From an uncultured Aliarcobacter sp. (GTDB lineage: Bacteria; Campylobacterota; Campylobacteria; Campylobacterales; Arcobacteraceae), in assembly GCA_963677435.1 (NCBI GenBank), contig OY781945.1, positions 3,008,001 through 3,072,000 of the forward strand: 64,000 nt of DNA. The letters are read 5' to 3'. Below, one piece after another: positions 20,252 through 29,127 of the stretch. Below the pieces are notes generated by a model. The model was given only the letters and a program-made list of their open reading frames with translations, made no database searches and was not told the origin of the DNA. A program made the position numbers and the translations under genes. Every line of letters begins with the position of its first letter. Within the stretch, counting starts at the first letter, position 1.

Positions 20252-21259
20252 ATGATTAAATTTAATGACTACTTTAACGATTGGCTTTATGGCCAAGATG
20301 GCTACTACTCAAATTACAAACAAATAGGAAAAGATGGGGATTTCTTCACTTCTGTTTCCACTTCATCATTTTTTGGTGGTTCAATTGCTAAAAAAATAAT
20401 CACTTCTATTGAGGAGGGATTTTTACCAGCTAATACAACTATTTTAGAAATTGGTGCTCATCATGGATATTTATTAGCTGATATTATCCAGTTTATTTAC
20501 ACTTTAAAACCTCAACTTTTAAAGACTCTAAATTTTGCAATAGTTGAGCGGTTTCCAAATCTTCAAGAACAACAAAAAAAATATCTAAATGACTCTTTTG
20601 GAGAAATAATAAAACTAAAACATTACAATGATATAAGTGAAGTAAAACTTGAAAATGCTTATGTTCTTGCAAATGAAATATTTGATGCTTTTTCATGTGA
20701 TTTGGTTTATACAAATAAAGAAGGAACTTTACAACAAGGCTTTGTTTCAAATCATAAAATAGAATTTTTTGATTGTACTGATGAAAATATAATAAATCAC
20801 TGCAAAAAATATCATATCACAAAAGGTGAAGTTGCCCTTTCATACAAAAATTTTGTAACTACGCTTTATTCAAATATCAAAACTTTTGAATTTCTAACTT
20901 TTGATTATGGAGATAGATTTCCAAGAAATGATTTTTCAACAAGAGTTTATGAGAAGCACAATGTTTACCCTATTTTTGAAGATAATTTACCTTTAGAAAA
21001 ACTCTTTAAAAACTCAGATATTACCTATGATGTTCATTTTAATTATCTAAGTGATTGTTTTAGAGAACTTGATATTTCAAATATAAAATTTAACACTCAA
21101 TTAAAATCTCTAGTAGAGTTTGGGATATTAGATTTACTTGAAATTTTAAAAGCAAATGTAGATGAAACTACATATTTAAAAGAGACTCAAAAAGTAAAAG
21201 TTTTACTTGAACCAACGGGAATGGGTGATAGATTTAAAACTCTGAATATTAGGAAATAA
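20252..21259 (+). CDS. SAM-dependent methyltransferase, MidA/NDUFAF7 family
   Basis: GYY...IGKDGDFFTS, ILEIGAHHG, ANEIFDAF, DITYDV and MGDRFK motifs. Confidence 0.85.
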   Translation: MIKFNDYFNDWLYGQDGYYSNYKQIGKDGDFFTSVSTSSFFGGSIAKKIITSIEEGFLPANTTILEIGAHHGYLLADIIQFIYTLKPQLLKTLNFAIVERFPNLQEQQKKYLNDSFGEIIKLKHYNDISEVKLENAYVLANEIFDAFSCDLVYTNKEGTLQQGFVSNHKIEFFDCTDENIINHCKKYHITKGEVALSYKNFVTTLYSNIKTFEFLTFDYGDRFPRNDFSTRVYEKHNVYPIFEDNLPLEKLFKNSDITYDVHFNYLSDCFRELDISNIKFNTQLKSLVEFGILDLLEILKANVDETTYLKETQKVKVLLEPTGMGDRFKTLNIRK

Positions 21260-21310
21260 GTTAACTCTTTGTATAATCAAACTTTATAAAAAATATAATA
21301 AGGTATAAAA

Positions 21311-21511
21311 ATGACACTTATAATAAATGGCGAAACAAAAGAGTTTTCAGACTCATTAACACTTCAAAATATTATTACAGATTTACAAATTGAAAATAAA
21401 GTAATGGCAGCAGCTGTAAACATGAATATCGTAAAAAAAGATGATTGGAGTAGTTTTATTCCAAAAAATGATGACAAGATTGAGCTTCTTCAATTTGTTG
21501 GTGGAGGATGA
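21311..21511 (+). CDS. thiS: Sulfur carrier protein ThiS
   Basis: 66 aa; IINGE...AVNMNIV...DKIELLQFVGGG C-terminus. Confidence 0.9.
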   Translation: MTLIINGETKEFSDSLTLQNIITDLQIENKVMAAAVNMNIVKKDDWSSFIPKNDDKIELLQFVGGG

Positions 21512-21517
21512 TTTTTT

Positions 21518-21850
21518 ATGAGTAGAGAAAAGGGAGATTTTGCTGAAAAAAAAGCTATCTCTTTTTTAGAAGATTTAGATTTTAAAATAATTGAACAAAA
21601 CTTCTATGCAAAAAAATTAGGTGAAATAGATATTATTGCCACAAAAAACTCTACTTATCACTTTTGTGAAGTAAAATCAGCCCCTGATTATGAAACTGCT
21701 ATAAACAACCTTACAAAATCTAAAATTTCTAAAATAAAAAGAAGTGTTGATTATTATATTCAAACAAAAAAGTTAGATATTTCCTATTGTATTGATGCAA
21801 TTATTGTAACAGATGAGACTATTGATTTTATTGAGAATATTACAATTTAG
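21518..21850 (+). CDS. YraN family protein (UPF0102)
   Basis: GDFAEKKA, GEIDIIA and FCEVK motifs. Confidence 0.88.
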   Translation: MSREKGDFAEKKAISFLEDLDFKIIEQNFYAKKLGEIDIIATKNSTYHFCEVKSAPDYETAINNLTKSKISKIKRSVDYYIQTKKLDISYCIDAIIVTDETIDFIENITI

Positions 21851-21851
21851 A

Positions 21852-21921
21852 AAATATAAGAGTAAGAGGTGAAGGTCGCAAAAACACCTCTTACTATTAT
21901 GGACTTATATATAAAATTAGT
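21852..21921 (-). ncRNA. Candidate small RNA (~70 nt)
   Basis: Extended -10 TGTTATAAT at 21936-21928 (minus), then a perfect 11-bp hairpin at 21861-21895 with a U-rich tail; no ORF. Confidence 0.4.
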
Positions 21922-22036
21922 ATAAGAATTATAACAACTCATAGTAGCAATAATCTAGCAGATGAGAGAAATTCTAAAATTTAATTTTTTATTAGCACTT
22001 TTTAGTTATCATACAAAAATGCTTACGGAGAAATAT

Positions 22037-23137
22037 TTGTACTCAAAAGAATTAGAATCAATTAAAAAGTCCAATCGATTTAGAACAAGAGAAGTTTTTG
22101 ATGATAGTTTGATTGATTTAGCCTCAAATGATTATTTAGGTCTTTCAACAAATAAAACTCTTTTTCAAAATGCTTATGAAAATGTTCTAAAAGAAAATTA
22201 CCACTCACCAAAAGCCTCAATGTTAGTAAATGGATATAGCAAAATTCATAAAAATTTCGAAGATAAGTTATGTAGCATAAATAACTTTGAGGCAGGAGTT
22301 GTAGTTGGCTCTGGTTTTTTAGCAAATATTTCTATGATTGAAGCTCTTGTAAGAAAAAATGATACTTTATTTATAGATGAAGAGTACCATGCAAGTGGAA
22401 TATTAGCCACTAAACTTCTCAAACCTGAACAAGTTATTATATTTAAGCACAATGATTTTAAAGATTTAGAACAAAAAATTTTTAAAAATCAAAGAACTGG
22501 AAGGAATATAATAGCAATTGAGGGTGTTTATTCAATGGGTGGTGATTTAGCTCCATTGGAAATATTTGAAATAGCAAATGAAAAAAAAGCTATTTTAATT
22601 GTTGATGAAGCGCATAGTTTTGGTGTACTAGGTGATAATCTTTTAGGCATTTTTGATTATTACAAAATAAAACCAAATAAATATCATATAAAAATGGGAA
22701 CTTTAGGAAAAGCTTATGGCTCATATGGAGCTTATATTTTAGCATCTAAAGAGATTATTGATTTTCTAACAAATAGAGCAAAACCTATAATATACTCAAC
22801 TGCACCATCTCTTTTTGATACTGCACTTGCACATGAATCTTTAGATTTTATTATAAAAAATAAAGAATTCTTAAAACAAAAAATAAAAACAAATCTAACT
22901 ATTATTTATGATATTTTGGGTTTAAAATCCCAAAGTCTAATTATTCCTATTTTAATAGGTGATAATAAAAAAGTAAAAATTATACAAGAAAATTTAAAGA
23001 AAAATGGTTTTTTAGTTGGAGCGATTAGACAACCAACTGTAAAAGAAGCAATTATTAGATTAATTGCAAAAGTAGATATAAATGAAGATGATTTAACAAA
23101 AATATGTAACTTATTAAAGGATTCAAATGTTAATTAA
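22037..23137 (+). CDS. bioF: 8-amino-7-oxononanoate synthase
   Basis: DLASNDYLGL, HAS, EGVYSMGGD, VDEAHS and GTLGKA motifs; start likely TTG 22037 after GGAG. Confidence 0.88.
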   Translation: MYSKELESIKKSNRFRTREVFDDSLIDLASNDYLGLSTNKTLFQNAYENVLKENYHSPKASMLVNGYSKIHKNFEDKLCSINNFEAGVVVGSGFLANISMIEALVRKNDTLFIDEEYHASGILATKLLKPEQVIIFKHNDFKDLEQKIFKNQRTGRNIIAIEGVYSMGGDLAPLEIFEIANEKKAILIVDEAHSFGVLGDNLLGIFDYYKIKPNKYHIKMGTLGKAYGSYGAYILASKEIIDFLTNRAKPIIYSTAPSLFDTALAHESLDFIIKNKEFLKQKIKTNLTIIYDILGLKSQSLIIPILIGDNKKVKIIQENLKKNGFLVGAIRQPTVKEAIIRLIAKVDINEDDLTKICNLLKDSNVN

Positions 23138-23768
23138 TGACTTAATAAAAGGTAATCAAAAATTTAGAGAAGCTCGTTTTCCAAAATATGAAGATGATTT
23201 AAAACAACTTGTTGAGACTGGGCAAAAACCTGAAATCTTATTTATTGGATGTAGTGACAGTAGAGTTACTCCAGATTTAATGCTTGATACAAAACCAGGA
23301 GATATGTTTATTTTAAGAAATGTTGGTAATTTTGTTCCTCCGTATAATCCAGATAATGACTATCATGGAAGTTCAGCAGTTATTGAATATGCAGTTAATG
23401 TTTTAACTGTAAAACACATAATAGTTTGTGGACATTCTCATTGTGGAGCTTGTAAAAGTTTATATCAAGATTTAGGAGATTCTCCTGATTTAATAAATGT
23501 AAAAAAATGGTTAGACCTTGGAAAAAGAGCTAAAGAGTACACTCTTTTAGCAATTCAAGATAAAGAGGATAAAGAAAAATTATATAGAGCAACAGAAAGA
23601 ATCTCTATTGTTCATCAAATGGAAAATCTTTTAACTTTCCCTTATATTGAAAAAAAAGTAAAAGCCGGTGAGATACAAATCCATGGTTGGTATTATAAAA
23701 TTGAAGATGGAACTATTGAATATTACGATGGTGAAGAGTGTTCATTTAAACCATTAAAGGAGAACTAA
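23127..23768 (+). CDS. can: Beta-class carbonic anhydrase
   Basis: GCSDSRV, RNVGN and CGHSHCGA Zn-binding motifs. Confidence 0.94.
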   Translation: MLINDLIKGNQKFREARFPKYEDDLKQLVETGQKPEILFIGCSDSRVTPDLMLDTKPGDMFILRNVGNFVPPYNPDNDYHGSSAVIEYAVNVLTVKHIIVCGHSHCGACKSLYQDLGDSPDLINVKKWLDLGKRAKEYTLLAIQDKEDKEKLYRATERISIVHQMENLLTFPYIEKKVKAGEIQIHGWYYKIEDGTIEYYDGEECSFKPLKEN

Positions 23769-23769
23769 G

Positions 23770-24090
23770 ATGAATACTCATCAAGTAAGAAGATTACCAA
23801 AAAAAACTGTTATTATTATTAGTATATTAATTGCCCTTGGTTTTATTATATTTTATATAATAAAAGATTTAAAAGAGGAAAAATTAAAAGAAGTACTAGC
23901 TACAATTGGTCATCCAAATATTTCACAACTAAAAGTTATAAATAAATTAAATGTTGAAGATAAGGAAACAAGATACCAAAGTAGTGTTTTTAAGGTAATA
24001 TTTTACGATGATGATTTAAAACAAAGTTGTATTGGATTTATTCATCAAGAAAGAGATAATAAATATACTCAAGATTTAAATTGCGAATAG
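23770..24090 (+). CDS. Hypothetical bitopic membrane protein
   Basis: Basic N-terminus, one TM helix, small soluble domain with two Cys; closely packed between can and mqnE. Confidence 0.7.
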   Translation: MNTHQVRRLPKKTVIIISILIALGFIIFYIIKDLKEEKLKEVLATIGHPNISQLKVINKLNVEDKETRYQSSVFKVIFYDDDLKQSCIGFIHQERDNKYTQDLNCE

Positions 24091-24097
24091 GAAAATT

Positions 24098-25159
24098 ATG
24101 AATATTATAGAAAAATTAGAAAGAAATGAACGATTAGAATATGAAGATGCAATAAAACTATATGATTTGGATTTATTTACACTTGCATCATTTGCCAATA
24201 AAATTAGAGAAGATAAACATGGTAAAAAAACTTACTTCAATATAAATAGGCATATTAATCCAACAAATATTTGTAAAGATGTTTGTCAATTCTGTGCATA
24301 TAGTGCAAGTAGAAAAAACCCACACCAATATACAATGAGCCATGAAGAAATTCTTGAAGTTGTAAAAAACTCTTCAAAAAATAATATAAAAGAGGTTCAT
24401 ATAGTTTCTGCTCATAATCCACATACTGGTTTACAATGGTACATGGATGTATTTAAAAAAATTAAAGATAATTTTCCAAATATTCATGTAAAAGCCTTGA
24501 CAGCTGCTGAAATTCATTTTCTAAGTACAGAATATAATCTTTCATATCAAGAGATAATTGATATGATGGTTGAACATGGGATTGATTCTATGCCAGGTGG
24601 TGGCGCTGAAATTTTTGATGAAAAAGTAAGAAAAAGAATCTGTGGTGGAAAAGTTACATCAGAACAATGGTTAGAAATTCACAAACTTTGGCATGAAAAA
24701 GGTAAAAAAAGTAATGCTACAATGCTTTTTGGACATGTAGAAGATAGAAACCATAGAATTGATCACATGTTAAGATTAAGAGCCCTACAAGACATTACAG
24801 GTGGTTTTAATGCCTTTATTCCTCTTGTATATCAAACTGAAAACAATTATTTAAAAGTAAAAGAACCTTTAACTGGTCAAGAGATACTTAAAACTTATAC
24901 AATAGCTAGAATTTTACTTGATAATATTCCAAATATAAAAGCTTATTGGGCAACTTCAACTGTTAAACTAGCTTTAATAGCTCAAGAATTTGGTGCAAAT
25001 GATGTTGATGGAACAATTGAAAAAGAATCAATCCAAAGTGCAGCAGGAGCATCAAGTGCAAATGGAATAGCACAATTAGAATTTGTGGATTTAATTAAAA
25101 ATTCTGGGTTTATACCAGTTGAGAGAGACTCTATTTATAATGAAATAAAAACTTGGTAA
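24098..25159 (+). CDS. mqnE: Aminofutalosine synthase MqnE (radical SAM, futalosine menaquinone pathway)
   Basis: YFNINRHINPTNICKDVCQFCAY, MPGGGAEIF, NATMLFGH and IKAYW motifs. Confidence 0.88.
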   Translation: MNIIEKLERNERLEYEDAIKLYDLDLFTLASFANKIREDKHGKKTYFNINRHINPTNICKDVCQFCAYSASRKNPHQYTMSHEEILEVVKNSSKNNIKEVHIVSAHNPHTGLQWYMDVFKKIKDNFPNIHVKALTAAEIHFLSTEYNLSYQEIIDMMVEHGIDSMPGGGAEIFDEKVRKRICGGKVTSEQWLEIHKLWHEKGKKSNATMLFGHVEDRNHRIDHMLRLRALQDITGGFNAFIPLVYQTENNYLKVKEPLTGQEILKTYTIARILLDNIPNIKAYWATSTVKLALIAQEFGANDVDGTIEKESIQSAAGASSANGIAQLEFVDLIKNSGFIPVERDSIYNEIKTW

Positions 25160-25168
25160 AACAAGTTT

Positions 25169-26764
25169 TTATTTTACTTCATTTTTTTGATTAAATACTA
25201 AAATAAACTCTGCTTCAATACCTGCATCTGTTTTTAGCATACTCAAAGGATAAGAGATATGAATTGAATATAATTCATTATTTAGTACATCCAACATATC
25301 AAAAAACTCTGTTGGTTCTTTAATTAAAATATTTACAGTATATATAAATCTCGTAATATTACTATTTGAACTTGTTGTATTGTATTTAATTATAGAATCT
25401 AATGGTAATAAAATTTTTAATTGCTCAGTAACTCTATCCAAAGGCATAAATTCATCAGTTAAATACTGTTTGTTAAATGTTTTAAAAGTTTTATCTGAAT
25501 TTATACTCTCTTTTGCAAGTACAACTCCATCAAGTTTAAATTTTTTATCTTTTGAATTTGTTGTATAAACTACATCTTTATATAATTTATCTAAATTAGG
25601 TTTTAAAGAGCTTGCAAAAGTATCTTCTTTTAAAAAAAGTCCTTTTACTTCTAAAATATTTTTATCAATTTTTAACTCATTAATAACAACATCATCAGGA
25701 ATTGATTCAAATACTGTTCTAACTTTTTGTTCTATTTGATCATTTAGATTTACATGATCTGGCAAAGTTAAAAATTCATTAGTACTTTGCATATTTTCCA
25801 CTTTTTGTGAAATTGTATCTTTTTGTTTAAATAACTCATTAAAATCAACTCTTATATAAACTTCATAAGTAATAAAAGCAATTAAAGCTATAAAGAAAAA
25901 TATATATACATTAGTGTAATCTCTTTTCTTTTTCTTTTTTCGAGGTTTAATAAAGCTTTTCTTTAGATGTTTATCCCTTGATAATTCAAATACTTCTTCA
26001 TCAATATTTATAGGATGATAATCAACTTTTAAAAGTAAATCCTCGGCTAATTGCTCTATTTGTTCTTGATTTAATTGTTTTGATACATAAAGTAGTGTTA
26101 CTTTTTCTACAAAGGTATTATTCTTTTTCTCATAGAAATTATTTAGTGTATTATGGATAATTTCATTTAATTCTAAGTAATAAATTTCATCAAAAAGTTT
26201 TTGTCCATCTATATCATCTTCATAAAAGTGAGTCTTTTTAACTGACTCAAAAGTTGGTAAATCTAAAATAGTATTATGAACTATCACTCCAGCTGCATCT
26301 AAAATAACAATAAAAGCTTTACTGTTAAATAAAAATACAATAAATTCACTTCTTGAGATATTTTTATCTATATGAAGATTTATTAAATGAAAAGCAGAAT
26401 AGATATAATCTATACCTGTTTTTATAAAATAATTTTTAGTTTCAAACAGTGTAGTTTTAAGAACTGCAATATCATATTCATTATTAAATTTTGCAATTTC
26501 ACAATCTTTTAATTTAGAAGATAATGCCTTAGGAACAAGTCTTGTTGTATCATTAATTAAAAGTGTAGAGATAAAAGTATTATCAATTTCAGCTTGTGAT
26601 GCATTTAATTTTTCAGCAATATTTAAAGGCATTAAATCACTATCAACTAAAAAAACTGAATTAGTAGTATTAATAATTTCTTCATTACTTAATTTTTTAT
26701 AATCAAGCTTTAGTTGAGTATCATATTTCACAGCATTAATATACAAAGACTCTTTAGTAAACAT
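25169..26764 (-). CDS. Hypothetical bitopic protein, apparent PilM-PilN-PilO-like fusion
   Basis: ~270-aa cytoplasmic domain, basic patch, TM at aa ~286-303, then two alpha/beta periplasmic modules (see findings). Confidence 0.6.
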   Translation of the reverse strand: MFTKESLYINAVKYDTQLKLDYKKLSNEEIINTTNSVFLVDSDLMPLNIAEKLNASQAEIDNTFISTLLINDTTRLVPKALSSKLKDCEIAKFNNEYDIAVLKTTLFETKNYFIKTGIDYIYSAFHLINLHIDKNISRSEFIVFLFNSKAFIVILDAAGVIVHNTILDLPTFESVKKTHFYEDDIDGQKLFDEIYYLELNEIIHNTLNNFYEKKNNTFVEKVTLLYVSKQLNQEQIEQLAEDLLLKVDYHPINIDEEVFELSRDKHLKKSFIKPRKKKKKRDYTNVYIFFFIALIAFITYEVYIRVDFNELFKQKDTISQKVENMQSTNEFLTLPDHVNLNDQIEQKVRTVFESIPDDVVINELKIDKNILEVKGLFLKEDTFASSLKPNLDKLYKDVVYTTNSKDKKFKLDGVVLAKESINSDKTFKTFNKQYLTDEFMPLDRVTEQLKILLPLDSIIKYNTTSSNSNITRFIYTVNILIKEPTEFFDMLDVLNNELYSIHISYPLSMLKTDAGIEAEFILVFNQKNEVK

Positions 26765-26782
26765 ATATTTCCTATCTAACTT

Positions 26783-27397
26783 TTAACTAACTATATTCAA
26801 TAACATTTTATTTCTAACAAAATCCCTTGCCTCTTCAAACTCAAGATTAGTAACATCTAAAGGTTCAGACATATAAAAATCTACTCTTCCAAACGGTTTT
26901 GGTAATACAAATCTATCCCATGAGTTAAATTGCCAATATTTAGTTGGTTTAGAACTTAAAATTACAATCTTAGCACCACTTTTTTGAGCAATACTTATTA
27001 CACCACCAGCAAAACTATGTCGTGGTCCTCTGGGTCCATCTGGAGATATTGCTACATCTGAACCTGATTTAATCTCTTTTATTGTACTAATTAATGCTTT
27101 AGTAGCACCTTTAGAAGAAGATCCTCGAATAGCACCTATTCCAAATAATGAGTAAACTTTTGTTATTATCTCGCCATCTTTACTTTGACTAATCATAGTT
27201 TTTACTGTGCCATTTGGTCTTTTCTTGAAATAATTTAATGGTTGTGAAACTAAATCTCCATGCCAAGCAACAAACACAAAAGCTTCATCATCCTTTAATT
27301 TGGGATGATGAAAAACTTTTTTATTTGTAAAATATATAAAATTTATTAATAAATATAATACATAAGGCAATATATTAAATTTAAAATAATTTTTCAT
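26783..27397 (-). CDS. lpxJ: DUF374 lysophospholipid acyltransferase family (LpxJ-like lipid A acyltransferase)
   Basis: VAWHG, SQSKDGE, IRGSS, SPDGPRGP and NSWDRFVLPKPF motifs. Confidence 0.78.
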   Translation of the reverse strand: MKNYFKFNILPYVLYLLINFIYFTNKKVFHHPKLKDDEAFVFVAWHGDLVSQPLNYFKKRPNGTVKTMISQSKDGEIITKVYSLFGIGAIRGSSSKGATKALISTIKEIKSGSDVAISPDGPRGPRHSFAGGVISIAQKSGAKIVILSSKPTKYWQFNSWDRFVLPKPFGRVDFYMSEPLDVTNLEFEEARDFVRNKMLLNIVS

Positions 27398-28707
27398 TAA
27401 AGTACAACTTCACCTTTTAAAGATGTTCGTGAAGCATCAGTAATTTTAACATTTACAAATTTACCTAAAAGCTCATCACTTCCTTTTGTAAATACTTGTA
27501 AAGAATTATCTGTAAATCCACAAACTTCACCATTTGGTTTTAAAGTTTCAACTAAAACATTTAAAGTATCACCAATATAAGAAGGCATTGTCTCTTCCAA
27601 ATGTCTTTTATGTAGCTCAATTAACTCAATTAATCTAGCACTTCCTATTTCATCAGGAATTTCTAAATCTTTCATATTTAAAGCTTCAGTTCCTGGTCTT
27701 GGAGAGTATTTAAAGTTAAAAATTTGATCAAATTTAACTTGATTTACTACATCTAATGTATCTTCAAAATCTTCTTGCGTTTCACCTGGAAATGCAACAA
27801 TAATATCAGTTGTAATTCTAAGGTTTGGAACAAGTGTTCTTAATTTATTTGCTCTATTTAAGAACCACTCTTTAGTATAACCTCTTTTCATAGCTCTTAA
27901 AATTTCTGTAGAACCACTTTGTAAAGGCATATGAATACATTTTGAGATTTTATCATTTTTAGCAAACTCTTCAATAAACTCATCATCCATATGTAAAGGA
28001 TGTGGAGAAGTAAATCTGATTCTTTCTAGTCCCTGTACTTTTGAAACATCTTGTAAAAGATTTGTAAATGTGTATTTACCTCTTCCATCAGAAAATTTTC
28101 TTCCATAAGAGTTAACATTTTGACCTAAAAGCATTACTTCAACAGCACCTTGCTCAACAGATTTTCGTACCTGTTCAACAATCATTTCAGGAGGAATAGA
28201 AATCTCTTCACCTCTTGTACTTGGAACTATACAATAAGTACATTTTTTATCACATCCAACAGAGATATTAACACTTGCTCTATATTGATTTGTTTTTGCA
28301 GTTGAAAAGTCATAAGTTGATTCATCATTATCAATAGAAATTTCTACTGAACCTTTTATATCAACTATGTCTTTTATTTTTGAGATATTTCTAGCACCAA
28401 GAACAAAATCTACATAAGGTGCTCTTTTTATAATATCTTCACCTAAATGTGATGCCGTACAACCAGCAACACCAATTTTTGCACCTGCTTTTTTCTTTTT
28501 GTTAAATTGACCAATTTCAGAAAAAAGTTTCGAAACAGGTTTTTCTCTTACAGAACAAGTATTGATTATAATTAAATCAGCTTCTTCCATGATGTCTGTT
28601 TGAATATAATCTTTGTGTTTTTCTAACTCAGCAGCAATATGTTGGCTGTCTGTGTCGTTCATTTGACAGCCTAATGTTTGTATAAATAGTTTTTTATTTG
28701 AACTCAT
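27397..28707 (-). CDS. miaB: tRNA i6A37 methylthiotransferase MiaB
   Basis: TLGCQMN, NTCSVRE, GCDKKCTYC, GQNVNSY and RFTSPHP motifs; TRAM domain. Confidence 0.96.
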   Translation of the reverse strand: MSSNKKLFIQTLGCQMNDTDSQHIAAELEKHKDYIQTDIMEEADLIIINTCSVREKPVSKLFSEIGQFNKKKKAGAKIGVAGCTASHLGEDIIKRAPYVDFVLGARNISKIKDIVDIKGSVEISIDNDESTYDFSTAKTNQYRASVNISVGCDKKCTYCIVPSTRGEEISIPPEMIVEQVRKSVEQGAVEVMLLGQNVNSYGRKFSDGRGKYTFTNLLQDVSKVQGLERIRFTSPHPLHMDDEFIEEFAKNDKISKCIHMPLQSGSTEILRAMKRGYTKEWFLNRANKLRTLVPNLRITTDIIVAFPGETQEDFEDTLDVVNQVKFDQIFNFKYSPRPGTEALNMKDLEIPDEIGSARLIELIELHKRHLEETMPSYIGDTLNVLVETLKPNGEVCGFTDNSLQVFTKGSDELLGKFVNVKITDASRTSLKGEVVL

Positions 28708-28734
28708 AATTAATTTTACTTAAATACCTAAATA

Positions 28735-28977
28735 TTAAAGTGCATGAACCTCATACATATATTCATCATCAGCTAAACCATATTTTACTTCTCTAAAGTA
28801 AACATTATTTCCATCTGCTTCTAAAGCATCTACTAATGCCATCATATCTTTGTGAGAGTTATCTCTGTCAAAATAAAAGATTTTTTGCCCGTCTTTATTT
28901 AAATCTTCTTTAATTTTTTCTAGTTGCACTTTTTTTGGTTTTTCATTTAACTCATTTCTTGCAAATAATAATTCCAT
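28735..28977 (-). CDS. HP0268 family nuclease
   Basis: 80 aa with FYFDRDNSHKD and REVKYGL...YMYEVH; located upstream of miaB as in other Campylobacterales. Confidence 0.8.
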   Translation of the reverse strand: MELLFARNELNEKPKKVQLEKIKEDLNKDGQKIFYFDRDNSHKDMMALVDALEADGNNVYFREVKYGLADDEYMYEVHAL

Positions 28978-29127
28978 TTATTAAGCCTTTTTCTTTTTTA
29001 ATTAGTGATATATTTTATCCCAAAATTACTTTAATTTCTATAAAAGGCTTTTTTAGCTATACTAATAACCTATACTACATTGGAAATCAAAACAATCATT
29101 TCAATGTCAACAAATAAAAGGTTATTA

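Noticed and set aside
21311..21850. thiS next to the YraN nuclease-fold gene and a methyltransferase, considered as a possible DNA sulfur-modification or defence module
   Set aside because: All three are widespread housekeeping families, with no E1/ThiF, desulfurase or other dedicated partner adjacent
21962..22036. N-terminal extensions in the ORF track for bioF (also ahpC, cti, nusA, rnr and the ABC permease)
   Set aside because: Downstream starts have better RBS or promoter context and match the expected family N-termini
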